A stretch of DNA of 54,604 bases from a virus. The stretch's first letter is position 1, and each line of letters opens with the position of its first letter. The translations under genes and the position numbers were made by a program. The stretch lies in the UHGV virus genome UHGV-0184235; one strand, written 5' to 3'. Positions 18,655-28,712 of this stretch are shown here, in pieces. The notes beneath the pieces were generated by a model. That model was not told the origin of the DNA and did no database searches. It was given only the letters and a program-made list of their open reading frames with translations.

Positions 18655-21372
18655 CTATGCGACGTTGCCGGGATAAGTGGCGTTGTCATAATCGTAGAAG
18701 CTGGGTTTATACTGTTTCGCCGTTATCTGGCATGTGCCATCAGATTGAGGCGCGATCTCAGAGATAATGGCGTTATAGCCAACGCGCGAAGAGTCGCAAA
18801 AAATAAGGCGCGGCGGCTCGATAGCCGGATCATTGAGAATAATAGAGCTGAATTCTGGTTGCTCGGGAACCAGCACCTGATAATCCCCCATTCTTGTTGC
18901 AACCATCAGGCCAGAAGCGGTGCCATCCTGGTAACGAATTAGTACCCGAGGGTTCTCGAAAGACCAGTCAAGAGGCTCCGTCACCGTAAACGTTGTCTTG
19001 TTCTCAGTGGTATCCATCTCTTCAATCAGCGCGCTAATCGTCTGGCTGCCCGGTATATCGTCGGTCAGCACGATACGATCGCCGACGTTATAGCAAAGCG
19101 CGTCCAGTTCAGTTGAGGTCGTATGCGTCAGCCGTTGCTGTAAATACTTCATCAGACGACGCATGCCGATCTGATATGCCCGGTCCCGGTCGAGAACGCC
19201 ATCAAGCGTATAGTCTTCAATTTTTACGGGCGTTGGATTATCTGGTGTCCGGCACTGTACCGTTTCCTCAGCCCATGTCGTTCCGTTGATATACGTAACG
19301 TCCACGCCGTCATAGTCATCGTCAGACGGAGCCACGAATGCGGTTTGCAGGTCTTCTGTCATCTCATGCGGGCTGATAACCCCCGACCAGGGCTTAACGC
19401 CTTCGCGCGCAACCGAGGCAAGCCCGTCTGCAAGCAGAAAATAGCTTTTCCCGGCGTTGGCGATCTTCTGCAAAACCTCCAGCGCAGATGTACTGTCGGT
19501 CGTCTCGAAGTCGAAAAACTCATTGTCAGGCGTCCAGTACGCACTTTCCAGCGCATCAATGGCGTCGGTGTCCATGTCCAGCCCCAGCGAGTTACCAACG
19601 TGGTACAGTGCGCCGGAGATGCTGCGCGCCGCGCCAGTGTCGTAAATCCTTGTAGCTACAACGTTTACGCGTCGATCGGACTGCGCTGCCAGCTTGCCAC
19701 CGGTTTCCACCGTGACGCCCATAGTCGTTACGCCAGCATACGATGACGGTCTGGTCAAAAGGCGGCCACGCAACGATTGCCAGTACATATTATCGCGGCT
19801 GTTATCCTGCCCTTGTTCGTTAGTGCGTCGGCACCGCACTTCAACAAGGCCGGGAGAACTCAGCGTGATGCGCTCAGTGAAACCAAGGCCATTAATATTT
19901 TTTGTGTTATACGAACCGGTTTTACTCATCCATCCCGAACCAGAGCCATAGACACGATACTGAGCTTCCCAGCGAACCGTTCTGTTTTGTTTTCTCCCTT
20001 TTTTGTCGTACCCGCAAATGCCATTCGGGAAGAAGAAATTCACTTCAAACATGTCGATGGTTTCATTATCCGGGCATGCCAGAAACGGGCCCATCCAGGA
20101 GTCGTTCTGGTTAACGCCAGATGCCTCAAAATCAAGCACGGTACGCGCCACGAAACCCGGCCATATGTTATCGACAACACCATCAATCAAGCGCTGAAGA
20201 GTCACACTGGTGCCGTCCACGTCGAAAATTTTGTACTGATATCCAGCGTGAGAAACGGAAAGCCTGATATACCCCTCAGGAATACCCGTAAAAGGCGCGC
20301 CGGTTTCACTCTCATAAGACAGCGTTATCGACGCGGTGACTTCCTCTTCTTCCTCTGTCGCGTCTGCATGCGGCGTATATGAAGCGATAAACAGGTTGTA
20401 GTCGACGCCGTTGTACCAGAGCGTTACCGGCATGCCGACATATGGCGCGATTTCTGCCAGATTGTCACTGGCAATACGGCTGTATGCGCCATCGTTGGTT
20501 ACAACAAACTGATCGGGTACGATTAGCTCAACCGTCGCACCAGTAACCCACGAATCAGGCAGCTCGTTTGTTGCAGTATCGTCGTCAGCGCTTAATCCGT
20601 TAAACGTGATTGTGCTTCCCGACACCATCAGTGACTGCGCTACAACATCATCCGTATCCGGCGCGGTCTGGGCCATATCCAGCCCGGCGCCAGAGCTGGT
20701 GCCGCCAACTTCAGTGGAGTTAAACCAGTTTTCGCTACGGCGATCACCGGCCACATTCTGGCCCGGCTGAAAAACGGTATACTCGAAACCATCACCCAGC
20801 GATGAAACTGGCGTGGCGCCGACGCGCATATCCCCTTCCCCGAATGAGAATTGTCCGAACCCCAGAGCAACGAACATTTCAACGGTCATCACTGTCGGAT
20901 CGTCCGGACTGAAGCGAGTTACCGGTTGCACTACGTAATCGGGGTAAATTCGGCGGCGTCCGAACAGCTCGCGGATTGGATCGCCCAGTTTTGCACGGTT
21001 CGCTTTTGCCGGGTTAACGTCCAGTGAATCGCCTGTCGACGAAGAAAAACCACCGGGGTCGGATGCGCCTGGCGCAAAGAACAACGCATAAGCAACAGAT
21101 GCGACCGAAACAGCAACGGCAATCCACGCCAGCGCAACGGCGCCATGAGGAACCGGATAAATGCGCACATCACTTGTCGGGCTGATCGCATAATCGAACC
21201 ATGCCGCAGCCGGGATATTCACACCGTCCACTTCGATTGCGATTGGATGCTTCATATCAGCGCGATAATTATCAACGTTCCGCGTCATCCACTGATGAAT
21301 AGTTACCGCGCCATGTTCATGCGTTTCCAGCGGCTCGCCGGGTAACCGGGAAGGATAAATTCTGATGGTCAC
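18655..21372 (-). CDS. tail tip or host-specificity protein (gpJ-like, 905 aa)
   Basis: Large protein after the K-like gene, at the end of the tail module. Confidence 0.6.
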   Translation of the reverse strand: MTIRIYPSRLPGEPLETHEHGAVTIHQWMTRNVDNYRADMKHPIAIEVDGVNIPAAAWFDYAISPTSDVRIYPVPHGAVALAWIAVAVSVASVAYALFFAPGASDPGGFSSSTGDSLDVNPAKANRAKLGDPIRELFGRRRIYPDYVVQPVTRFSPDDPTVMTVEMFVALGFGQFSFGEGDMRVGATPVSSLGDGFEYTVFQPGQNVAGDRRSENWFNSTEVGGTSSGAGLDMAQTAPDTDDVVAQSLMVSGSTITFNGLSADDDTATNELPDSWVTGATVELIVPDQFVVTNDGAYSRIASDNLAEIAPYVGMPVTLWYNGVDYNLFIASYTPHADATEEEEEVTASITLSYESETGAPFTGIPEGYIRLSVSHAGYQYKIFDVDGTSVTLQRLIDGVVDNIWPGFVARTVLDFEASGVNQNDSWMGPFLACPDNETIDMFEVNFFFPNGICGYDKKGRKQNRTVRWEAQYRVYGSGSGWMSKTGSYNTKNINGLGFTERITLSSPGLVEVRCRRTNEQGQDNSRDNMYWQSLRGRLLTRPSSYAGVTTMGVTVETGGKLAAQSDRRVNVVATRIYDTGAARSISGALYHVGNSLGLDMDTDAIDALESAYWTPDNEFFDFETTDSTSALEVLQKIANAGKSYFLLADGLASVAREGVKPWSGVISPHEMTEDLQTAFVAPSDDDYDGVDVTYINGTTWAEETVQCRTPDNPTPVKIEDYTLDGVLDRDRAYQIGMRRLMKYLQQRLTHTTSTELDALCYNVGDRIVLTDDIPGSQTISALIEEMDTTENKTTFTVTEPLDWSFENPRVLIRYQDGTASGLMVATRMGDYQVLVPEQPEFSSIILNDPAIEPPRLIFCDSSRVGYNAIISEIAPQSDGTCQITAKQYKPSFYDYDNATYPGNVA

Positions 21373-21749
21373 TTCCAGAACTCCACTTTAACGAAGCGGC
21401 GAACAAACTGCGCCACCGGCGTGAAAGAAACGTTGGATTTAGGGTTGCATTCGGCCACATGCAAACGACCATTAAGCACCACGACAACGCCGACATGCGT
21501 AACGGTTGAGCCTGAATAGCAAGCCACGCCAGCGCCTTCACATGGCTCGCAGCGTTGCAGGGAGAGCATCAGTTCTCGCGCTTCGCGATTAAGGCCGCCA
21601 TCATCTTTCGTTACCCCGGCAAAATCCGGCCATTCTGGCAATCCCAGGTCGCGACGCACTTCATTCACGATGCCGAAACAGTCAAGTTCAGGGTAAGCGC
21701 GTCCGCCCTTCAGCCATCTGACCGAAAGGTATTTATCTTGATTGAACAT
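21369..21749 (-). CDS. tail assembly protein with an NlpC/P60 (C40) peptidase domain (lambda gpK-like)
   Basis: Cys...His spacing (CFGIV ... HVGVV). GGAGG SD. Confidence 0.65.
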   Translation of the reverse strand: MFNQDKYLSVRWLKGGRAYPELDCFGIVNEVRRDLGLPEWPDFAGVTKDDGGLNREARELMLSLQRCEPCEGAGVACYSGSTVTHVGVVVVLNGRLHVAECNPKSNVSFTPVAQFVRRFVKVEFWK

Positions 21750-21769
21750 TAAGCCTCCGAATTTCAGGC

Positions 21770-21795
21770 AATAAAAAACCCCGCCGGAGCGAGGT
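21770..21795 (-). terminator. intrinsic terminator closing a small moron
   Basis: Minus-strand hairpin CCUCGC-UCCG-GCGGGG plus a U-run. It is nearly identical to the tR'-like hairpin at 43542-43557. Confidence 0.45.
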
Positions 21796-21815
21796 TTGAT
21801 AATGATTTTTTTGCT

Positions 21816-22040
21816 TTAGGTTAGCGAGGTAACCGTACCTGTTGCATTAATGCCCATTCCCATGAACCAACCAGATGCTATTTGAAAAAATGTAACTACC
21901 ATAAAATGCAATTTCCCCATACTTCCCCCTTCATTTTTTAGTACCACTGGTAAACTATTTGCAATAAACCCGAATAGAACCGCTAAACAATAAAGGAATG
22001 GGGCCCACAACATCGCTGGAGTCGAACCAGCACCCACCAC
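21816..22040 (-). CDS. possible small two-TM membrane protein (74 aa, GTG start) inside an AT-rich moron between tail genes
   Basis: Two hydrophobic helices. It has its own terminator, a weak AGGT SD, and a 5' region forming tRNA-arm-like hairpins. Confidence 0.3.
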   Translation of the reverse strand: MVGAGSTPAMLWAPFLYCLAVLFGFIANSLPVVLKNEGGSMGKLHFMVVTFFQIASGWFMGMGINATGTVTSLT

Positions 22041-22101
22041 CGCTAACCTAAAGCGGTATTATTTTAACATAACAGTCGATTTCGTCAAAATCGCTTCTGT
22101 A

Positions 22102-22602
22102 TTAGCTCATGTAACGAAGGCCAGGATAGAACGGGAGTGTGTAGCGATAGCGGGGCCAGGCAGTATCCAGCACATTCATGTATCCCGCGATAATCTGCGC
22201 CTGTGTTGCAGTCCAGTACCCGTTTTTAACCGTCAGGGTATAAGGGCGGTCTGCGGGCGCGGCTAAATCGTCAGATGTATATTGTCGGTAGGTCACCGTG
22301 GCGCCACGCAGATTTTCCAGCGCGCTACGCACGGATGTGGATGCTTCACCGTTGATGTTTGAGACAGCAAACTGCAAATCCTGAGTGCCGTCACTGTTCC
22401 GCGCCGGTAGCGCAACATCGATGGCGCTGGCGATGAATGTGACCTCTTCGCCAGTTTCCGTCGTCGCTGTTATGTTGTCGTAGCCATCACAGAGATACAG
22501 GACATCATCACCGATGTTGATCTGCAAAGTTTTGATAATGACCTCTTCACCGGAAGAGGCATACAGTCGTTTTAAAGTTGGACTGGTCATGCTTCCGGCC
22601 AC
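22102..22602 (-). CDS. minor tail protein (166 aa)
   Basis: Position after the tape measure. It overlaps the upstream gene. Confidence 0.55.
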   Translation of the reverse strand: MAGSMTSPTLKRLYASSGEEVIIKTLQINIGDDVLYLCDGYDNITATTETGEEVTFIASAIDVALPARNSDGTQDLQFAVSNINGEASTSVRSALENLRGATVTYRQYTSDDLAAPADRPYTLTVKNGYWTATQAQIIAGYMNVLDTAWPRYRYTLPFYPGLRYMS

Positions 22603-23051
22603 TCCCTGTTAAGTGCAATATCGATGATGCTGCTGTTGATGATGTAGTCCGGGAACTCAGCCCAGCCATCACCGAGGACAGGTCGAGTCCACAACTCAAG
22701 CTTCGCGGAGAACTGCCAGTAAATCGGGGCGACCAGCGTCGGCCCCTGATAGATGTCCATAAACCGGCATTTGTAGAGTTCAACGCCCAGCGGCGTTTGC
22801 AACCGCATAAAAAACCAGTCGGCACCGTCAGTAATGGTTTCGTGATACCAGCCCTCAAAAAGCTGAGCCTGAGCATCGTTTTCGAAAAGCCACTGCACAT
22901 TTGCCTGTGTCGGCGTCGAAATAAACGCGCGGCGCTGGCGGGCGCGGCCAGTGGTCATTTCGGTGCGCTTTAACGGGCTGACTGGCTGAAATGCATAACC
23001 GTCCTGAAGCGGCATAGGGAGATAATCGTGAGGGTAGTATTTTTCAGCCAT
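22587..23051 (-). CDS. minor tail protein (154 aa)
   Basis: Its start is adjacent to the tape measure stop at 23051. Confidence 0.55.
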   Translation of the reverse strand: MAEKYYPHDYLPMPLQDGYAFQPVSPLKRTEMTTGRARQRRAFISTPTQANVQWLFENDAQAQLFEGWYHETITDGADWFFMRLQTPLGVELYKCRFMDIYQGPTLVAPIYWQFSAKLELWTRPVLGDGWAEFPDYIINSSIIDIALNREWPEA

Positions 23052-26000
23052 CAGGTCGTTCTCCTTCCGGTGTACGTTCCTCGCATTGCGTTACCCACTT
23101 TCCCGTTACCCCGGACAATCTGGTTCGCCACCTGATCAACTGCGTCCGTCGTCGCCTTTTTGGCGGTGTTGGCGAGAGACATATCCATCTGCTCAGGCGT
23201 TACACCCTGCTGAATATAGAAGTCCTGCTGAATCTGGGGGCTGAATACAGTTGAATTACTGTTGTTATTGACGTTCTGCGCCCCCGTACCGAAACCGGGC
23301 TTTGATAACGTGGCGTCGAGACCATTCTTGCGTATCGATTCCAGATTCGAGACGCCGATGTTTTTCGTTGACGCAGCATCAAAAACAAACTCTTTACCAT
23401 GCACCAGACCACGCACATCATTAATGCTTGAACCGCCTGTGTAACCACCACCTTTGAATCCAACATCAGCTACGGCTGCGATATTAGAAACGATGCTCGC
23501 CGTCGCCGCTGCAACGGATGCCATCGCAGCGATGTTGTACGGGAACGGGTTAGCCGCCGCCATTGCAATCCCCTGCTGGATCGAAACCAGAGACTGTGCA
23601 ATAGCGAATGCCTTGCTGGCAGCGAACGCCGCTTTATAAATCCCGGACTGCTCCCCGAAACCAGTTGCCAGAATCTGCAAACCACTGTCGATCATGGTTT
23701 GCGTCGCACTGGTGATGATTTCGTTTTTCTGGGATTCGATTACCTGGTTGGCTTGCGCCGCCTGCTGGCGGATTGCCGTCATTCGCGCTTCGCCTTCCGT
23801 GGTGATTTGCGCAGCCTGGGCATATGCCGCTTCCTGAGCCTGCAACCACGTCTGTAACTGCTGTTGCGCCTGATCGATCTGCATGTACTGCTGTTGCATA
23901 CCGCCGAACGTGCCGGATAACTGGCCGCCAGTCGGTGACAGGTTGCCAACCACACTCTTCACTGAAGAAGGCAACTCCGCTGGGGTGTTTTTGTAAATAT
24001 CAGATCGGGTTTGCTCGTATTCCCCCGGAGCCAGCTTCCCTGTGGCTTTTGCTTTTTCCAGCAGCGCAAGCCGTTCGCGAAGCAAATCATTCTGCTGCTC
24101 ATCCTTCGCTTTAACCTGTTCCTGCATTTTCCGGTAATCGTCGAGCGTTTTAACGGAGTTTTGCAACGTCTCCTGTCGCTTGTAGGCCTGAACAATTTCT
24201 TCAGAGCGGGACAAAAGCGATTTTTGATCGGCGGTGAGCTGCGTTTTCGATTTGAGGTCAGCTATCTGCTGTTCAAACTTCACTCGCGCCTGAGTGGCGC
24301 TGGTGAGCTTATCGCTGGCGTCAAGCTGGGACTGCATTGCGGCGGTCTGCTGGTTAATCTGATCCAGTAGTCGTGTCGCGGCATCTTCGCTATATGCTTT
24401 TCCCTTCGGTGCTGTTGGCGATTTAGGGTCTTTGTACATTTCATTGATGCGCGCGATATTTTTCGCGTACTGATCTTCACTGATGGCCCCGGCATCAAGG
24501 AATTTCTTCTGCTGCTGAATCGCCTTGTTTCGCTTATCAGCATTCGACAGGAACTGCTGGTTAACGCGATCAGCTTCCTGCTGTATTTTAATTGCCTTAT
24601 CCTGCTCTTCTCTGCCAGCCGCGACAGCTTTTGTAAGGTCGCCTTGCAGGTCGATAGCACTTTGCAGAAAATTAGCCGCTGCTGCTGCTTCAGTTTGCCA
24701 CCCTGGCACACCGAAAATATTACCCACGGCTTTGCCGCGCGCATCATTTGCCTTTTTAGTTGCATCAGCCAAGCGTTGTTCAAGAGACTGCTCTCGCCCA
24801 ACGCCCAGCATTGCATCCCATGCGCCTTTTGCTGCGCCGGTGAGTCCGTTCCATGCCTTTTCGAGATAACCGAGGTTATCCTGAATATCTGCGGCACGCT
24901 GCTGCATGGTGGTGGCGTAAGCATCAGTAGCAACGCGCGCCGCTTCCTGCTGATTCCCTTCATCCTGGAGGGCCTTAATCTGGTTGTAAGTTGCCAGCGT
25001 AAGGAAGTGATACTGATCGTTCAGTTTAGTGATTGCCTCAACCGGATCTGCGGCAATTTTGTTGAAATCGTCCACCAGTTTATCGGTCGCAATACCAGTG
25101 GCTTCACTCGTTTTAACAACGGCAGTGGTCACGCGCTCAAGCGAATCACCGGCAACCTTTCCAGATTCCACCAGTAGATTTAGCGCTGATGCTGCTTTGC
25201 CAGTGGTAGAGTTCGCCGCCACGCCAGCGCGCGCGGCAATGTCCGCCAGTTGACCCGATGTTTTCCCTACCTGGTTACCCGTCAGGATGAGTGATTTATT
25301 GAAAGCGTCCTGTTCCTGCGTGCCTTTGTAGTACGCCACACCCAGCACGCCGACCGCAGCAGCCGCCAGCGTGAAAGGGTTAACCAGTCCAAGAATATAT
25401 CCCCCCATAGCCTTGGCTGCTGGACCAATACCGCCAAACATATCCTTAAGCTGGCCGCCCTGCTGTAACAGAACCATCAATGGTGGTTGCCCTGCGGCTA
25501 AGCTTGTGACGATATCGGTCATTTGCATCGGAACAAGTCGCATCGCAAAAGCGGTTTGTTTTGCTGACATGCCAGTTTTGCCTAACTGCGCCTGTGTTTT
25601 TTCTAACTCGGTACGCATTTCACCGAGCGTGCCGGAAAGTTTTGCGTATGACTCAGGGGAAAGCAGCCCTGACGATTTCGCAGAGTCGAGCTGCTTTTGC
25701 TGCTCCGCTAGTCGGCGGAATCCCTCGCCAACTGGATCAAGCTGAGCGACCAGTCTTTTTAGTGAAGCACTTTGCTGCTCACGCGCTATTGCCGCTTCTC
25801 TTTCAGCCCGAGCCTCGCCATTTAACGCTTTTTCTGTCTCACGTATTTTTCCTGATAAATCTTCGAAATCAGCATCAGGGAGAATACCAGCCTTATAATG
25901 ACTCTGAAGCTGCTGTAGTTGGTCATCAAGCTTGTTAAGGGCGGCCCCCACAGGGTCTATCTGGTCGCGTAGCTTTTTTAATGCCTCGCGCTGTTCATCC

Positions 26001-26209
26001 GTAGCCTTAGCATTTTCGCTTGCGTGTTTCGGTCCGACTTTTAGCCATGCGTTCAGGTCTTTGGTGGCGCTACTCAGATCGTCAGTGGCTTTTTCTGCCT
26101 GTTCACCAGCCTGGGTAATTTTAACTAATGCAGTAGCAAGGTTATCTGCGTTGCGCTGCGCGCCCGTACTGTCAAGAATTATTGCGAGGCGGGATGTCTG
26201 TTCTGACAT
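23051..26209 (-). CDS. tail tape measure protein (1052 aa)
   Basis: Long, alpha-helical, Ala/Gln-rich protein downstream of the G/GT pair. Confidence 0.9.
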   Translation of the reverse strand: MSEQTSRLAIILDSTGAQRNADNLATALVKITQAGEQAEKATDDLSSATKDLNAWLKVGPKHASENAKATDEQREALKKLRDQIDPVGAALNKLDDQLQQLQSHYKAGILPDADFEDLSGKIRETEKALNGEARAEREAAIAREQQSASLKRLVAQLDPVGEGFRRLAEQQKQLDSAKSSGLLSPESYAKLSGTLGEMRTELEKTQAQLGKTGMSAKQTAFAMRLVPMQMTDIVTSLAAGQPPLMVLLQQGGQLKDMFGGIGPAAKAMGGYILGLVNPFTLAAAAVGVLGVAYYKGTQEQDAFNKSLILTGNQVGKTSGQLADIAARAGVAANSTTGKAASALNLLVESGKVAGDSLERVTTAVVKTSEATGIATDKLVDDFNKIAADPVEAITKLNDQYHFLTLATYNQIKALQDEGNQQEAARVATDAYATTMQQRAADIQDNLGYLEKAWNGLTGAAKGAWDAMLGVGREQSLEQRLADATKKANDARGKAVGNIFGVPGWQTEAAAAANFLQSAIDLQGDLTKAVAAGREEQDKAIKIQQEADRVNQQFLSNADKRNKAIQQQKKFLDAGAISEDQYAKNIARINEMYKDPKSPTAPKGKAYSEDAATRLLDQINQQTAAMQSQLDASDKLTSATQARVKFEQQIADLKSKTQLTADQKSLLSRSEEIVQAYKRQETLQNSVKTLDDYRKMQEQVKAKDEQQNDLLRERLALLEKAKATGKLAPGEYEQTRSDIYKNTPAELPSSVKSVVGNLSPTGGQLSGTFGGMQQQYMQIDQAQQQLQTWLQAQEAAYAQAAQITTEGEARMTAIRQQAAQANQVIESQKNEIITSATQTMIDSGLQILATGFGEQSGIYKAAFAASKAFAIAQSLVSIQQGIAMAAANPFPYNIAAMASVAAATASIVSNIAAVADVGFKGGGYTGGSSINDVRGLVHGKEFVFDAASTKNIGVSNLESIRKNGLDATLSKPGFGTGAQNVNNNSNSTVFSPQIQQDFYIQQGVTPEQMDMSLANTAKKATTDAVDQVANQIVRGNGKVGNAMRGTYTGRRTT

Positions 26210-26248
26210 TGCGATCTCCGGGCATAAAAATACCCGGACATGCCGGGC

Positions 26249-26599
26249 TTATTGTTTCTGTTTGCCGTGTTTTTTCTGTTCCTGCGCCCACTGCTCACGC
26301 CATGCGTCATCGAGGGCAAATATCGCCGCGTCAAATTCATCACGATCAATGAGGACGGGACGCGCAGAAAGAAAGCGCTCAATATCATGAAGTGAGATCG
26401 GCAGCGGCGCACCAGCCATCCCGGCATAAAGCCGGGATCGGGAAATAACGGAGTAAGCGTTGAGGATTTCCCCTGTCACACCGTCAATTTCAGGTTCGGG
26501 AATTGGCGGGAGTTTTAATTTCTCCCTTCGCCACTTTGCCTTTTCGCCCTTCTCCCCGCCGAATTCGCTGAACCATTGTTGCGCTTCGATGGCTTTTTT
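26249..26599 (-). CDS. T segment of the tail assembly chaperone GT, reached by a -1 frameshift from G
   Basis: The -1 frame stays open from the AAAAAAG heptamer (26593-26599) to 26249 and reads KKAIEAQQWF...MTGEILNAY.... The frame arithmetic was checked. Confidence 0.6.
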   Translation of the reverse strand, partial: KKAIEAQQWFSEFGGEKGEKAKWRREKLKLPPIPEPEIDGVTGEILNAYSVISRSRLYAGMAGAPLPISLHDIERFLSARPVLIDRDEFDAAIFALDDAWREQWAQEQKKHGKQKQ

Positions 26600-27069
26600 A
26601 CGGTTTCCTGCTTTTGCCGCTCTTTGCCCTGGGCGATGCTGGCGGCTTCAGCCAGTACCATCCAGTACAACTCAGGATTCTGCTTGAGTAATGCGATACC
26701 GTTTTCTGGCGAGTACTCGATCGGGACTTCCTTACCGTCGATCAACTCTCCTACGCCCTCCCAATCTTTGAGTAGGTGGCGTGCGCAGTTATTAATCAGC
26801 AAATCGTCAATGGAGTCGATATCACCGACGCTGGAAATGTCGAACTGCCTAGTGCCGACATGATAACTGGCATCCAGTTTGTCGATGTGACGGCGCACCA
26901 GAGCGTTCATTGAGCGAAATTGAGGGTTTTCACTGCTGACGACAAGCAGGCGTAGTCTGAATTTCGCCTCCTCTTCCTCTGTGTACGGTTTCGTACGTTT
27001 TTCGTCTCGCTTATACGGAAAAAACCAGCGCTCGCCGCCAACATCAATTCGTGGTGTTAGGATAATCAT
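26515..27069 (-). CDS. tail assembly chaperone G
   Basis: Between the major tail and tape measure genes. The start is taken at MIILTPR (AGGAG SD), and TTG at 27123 is an alternative. Confidence 0.65.
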   Translation of the reverse strand: MIILTPRIDVGGERWFFPYKRDEKRTKPYTEEEEAKFRLRLLVVSSENPQFRSMNALVRRHIDKLDASYHVGTRQFDISSVGDIDSIDDLLINNCARHLLKDWEGVGELIDGKEVPIEYSPENGIALLKQNPELYWMVLAEAASIAQGKERQKQETVKKPSKRNNGSANSAGRRAKRQSGEGRN

Positions 27070-27131
27070 TCGAAACTCCTGCATGAAAAAAGCCCGCGCC
27101 GCCATGCAGAGCGGAACGGGCAAGGGAAATT

Positions 27132-28295
27132 TTATGGTTCAGTTACGGTAATGGTTGCCGTATCGGTAAAAGTGCGTGCCTTAGCGGTGATGGTTGCCGT
27201 TCCGGCCGCAACACCAGTAACGACGCCTGATGCACTAACTGTTGCCACTTCAGGATCGGATGACTCCCACGTAACAGTATCCGTTGCACCTGCGGGAGAC
27301 AGCGTTGCAGTGAGGCTGGTTGTATCGCCCACATCAACGGAAGCTGTTTCCGGGGTTACCGTGATGCCGGTTGCCGGAATGGTAACAGCGCGGGTAATTG
27401 TCGGCGACTCGTCGGCCGCAGTGATATCCAGTTGAACCTGAATAATGTCGGTATTGCCGCCATCCGGCCAGTCACCAGCGACCTGCACTTTCGGGAAGTT
27501 GAAAGTGTACTGCCCTTCGTCGTTCGCCAGGGTGAAGCTAAACGGCACCGTCGCCCCGGTCAGCGTCTTGCTCCATACCTCCCACGCAGCTTTAGACCAG
27601 GATAATGTGATCGAACCTGAAGGCGTGAAGGTGGTTGGGATATTAGCCCCGGCATAGGGTGAACCGGTGCCGATGCAACGCTGGGTCTGGACGTTGTTAT
27701 CGAACTGGATGTTGAAGGTGTCGATACAGAAACCATCACCACCGTCGATTCCGTTCAGGTTGATTGCGGTGACCTCTTTGAACGAGTAACGCAGCTCGCC
27801 AGCGTTATCAGCAGGTGTACCTTCGATATAACTGGTGTCATCGGCTTTCGAATCCCAGCCCAGCCCCGCAAAAGTAATAGTCGCAGTAACGTCACCGTCG
27901 TTAGGAACTTCCAACTGGAACACGCTTACCTGCGCGCCGCGAACGATAGAGGCGATACCAACATCGGAGGCATATGTTGCAAGTGAGAAAGAGATACGGT
28001 CATTCCCCATCGTCAACACATTGCCTGCCCATTCCGCGCCAAAACACGAAGCCAGGAAGTCATCATGCTGGCCGTAGCGGAATTTTGCCCCGACATCGCC
28101 GCCAACATCGACTGTTCCAAGCGTAGCGCCCTGCGCCATTCGGGTGCCGCCGATCTCGTCGTTGTCGTTGGTATTCTGGGACGGGCCAACGCCCCAACTT
28201 GTGCGTTTTAAAAGGTTCCACGGAATACCCGTTGGGGTTACGCCGGGAGTGGTTTCGCGCACGAATGCACTAAGAACTTTGGCTCCAGATGACAT
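27132..28295 (-). CDS. major tail tube protein with a C-terminal Ig-like (Big_2) domain
   Basis: AGGAGG SD. The C-terminal ITVTPETASVDVGDTTSLTATLSP...ATITAKA matches the Big_2 signature. Confidence 0.8.
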   Translation of the reverse strand: MSSGAKVLSAFVRETTPGVTPTGIPWNLLKRTSWGVGPSQNTNDNDEIGGTRMAQGATLGTVDVGGDVGAKFRYGQHDDFLASCFGAEWAGNVLTMGNDRISFSLATYASDVGIASIVRGAQVSVFQLEVPNDGDVTATITFAGLGWDSKADDTSYIEGTPADNAGELRYSFKEVTAINLNGIDGGDGFCIDTFNIQFDNNVQTQRCIGTGSPYAGANIPTTFTPSGSITLSWSKAAWEVWSKTLTGATVPFSFTLANDEGQYTFNFPKVQVAGDWPDGGNTDIIQVQLDITAADESPTITRAVTIPATGITVTPETASVDVGDTTSLTATLSPAGATDTVTWESSDPEVATVSASGVVTGVAAGTATITAKARTFTDTATITVTEP

Positions 28296-28319
28296 CTGGT
28301 TACCTCCTGTTATTTGGCG

Positions 28320-28712
28320 CTAAGTCGCGCGGTAAGGGATGTTGATGTTCCATTGATACCAACCATTGGCATCACCGACTTCGTATGCTGATGCAGCGAA
28401 ATAGCTCAGCGCGCCGTCATCCTGGAACTCGAACAAAGAAACAATTTTGTCGGCGGCCTGAGTTATTGGTAATGAGTGAGAGCCGGTGGGAACAAAAAGT
28501 TGGATAATGACAATCCCCGTTCTGTGTACAACGGGGCCCGCGCCGATTTCCGTCGCGCCTGCCTGACCGGCTATGTTTGTCACACGCGCCCATATATCCT
28601 TTCCTTTCGGGTCGAATGTCGGGTCGTTAGGGTATGTCACGTCACTTTCAGCAATAGCCGTCTGCGCCGTCATACGAGCAATGACAGCGTTACGAATTTC
28701 TGTGAGGGTCAT
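28320..28712 (-). CDS. tail completion or terminator-type protein (130 aa)
   Basis: Position immediately upstream of the major tail gene. Confidence 0.5.
   Translation of the reverse strand: MTLTEIRNAVIARMTAQTAIAESDVTYPNDPTFDPKGKDIWARVTNIAGQAGATEIGAGPVVHRTGIVIIQLFVPTGSHSLPITQAADKIVSLFEFQDDGALSYFAASAYEVGDANGWYQWNINIPYRAT

Noticed and set aside
19345-20382. The + strand ORFs (133, 201 and 70 aa) inside the tail tip gene
   Set aside because: They are antisense with Arg-rich spurious translations.
22018-22060. A possible tRNA gene in the tail moron
   Set aside because: Only anticodon-arm-like and T-arm-like hairpins are present. There is no acceptor stem, D arm or CCA. I kept it as a structural observation only.
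23200-25253. ORFs inside the tape measure gene (for example 24280..24963 of 227 aa, and 24644..25177)
   Set aside because: They are antisense or off-frame within a 1052-aa gene, with spurious composition.
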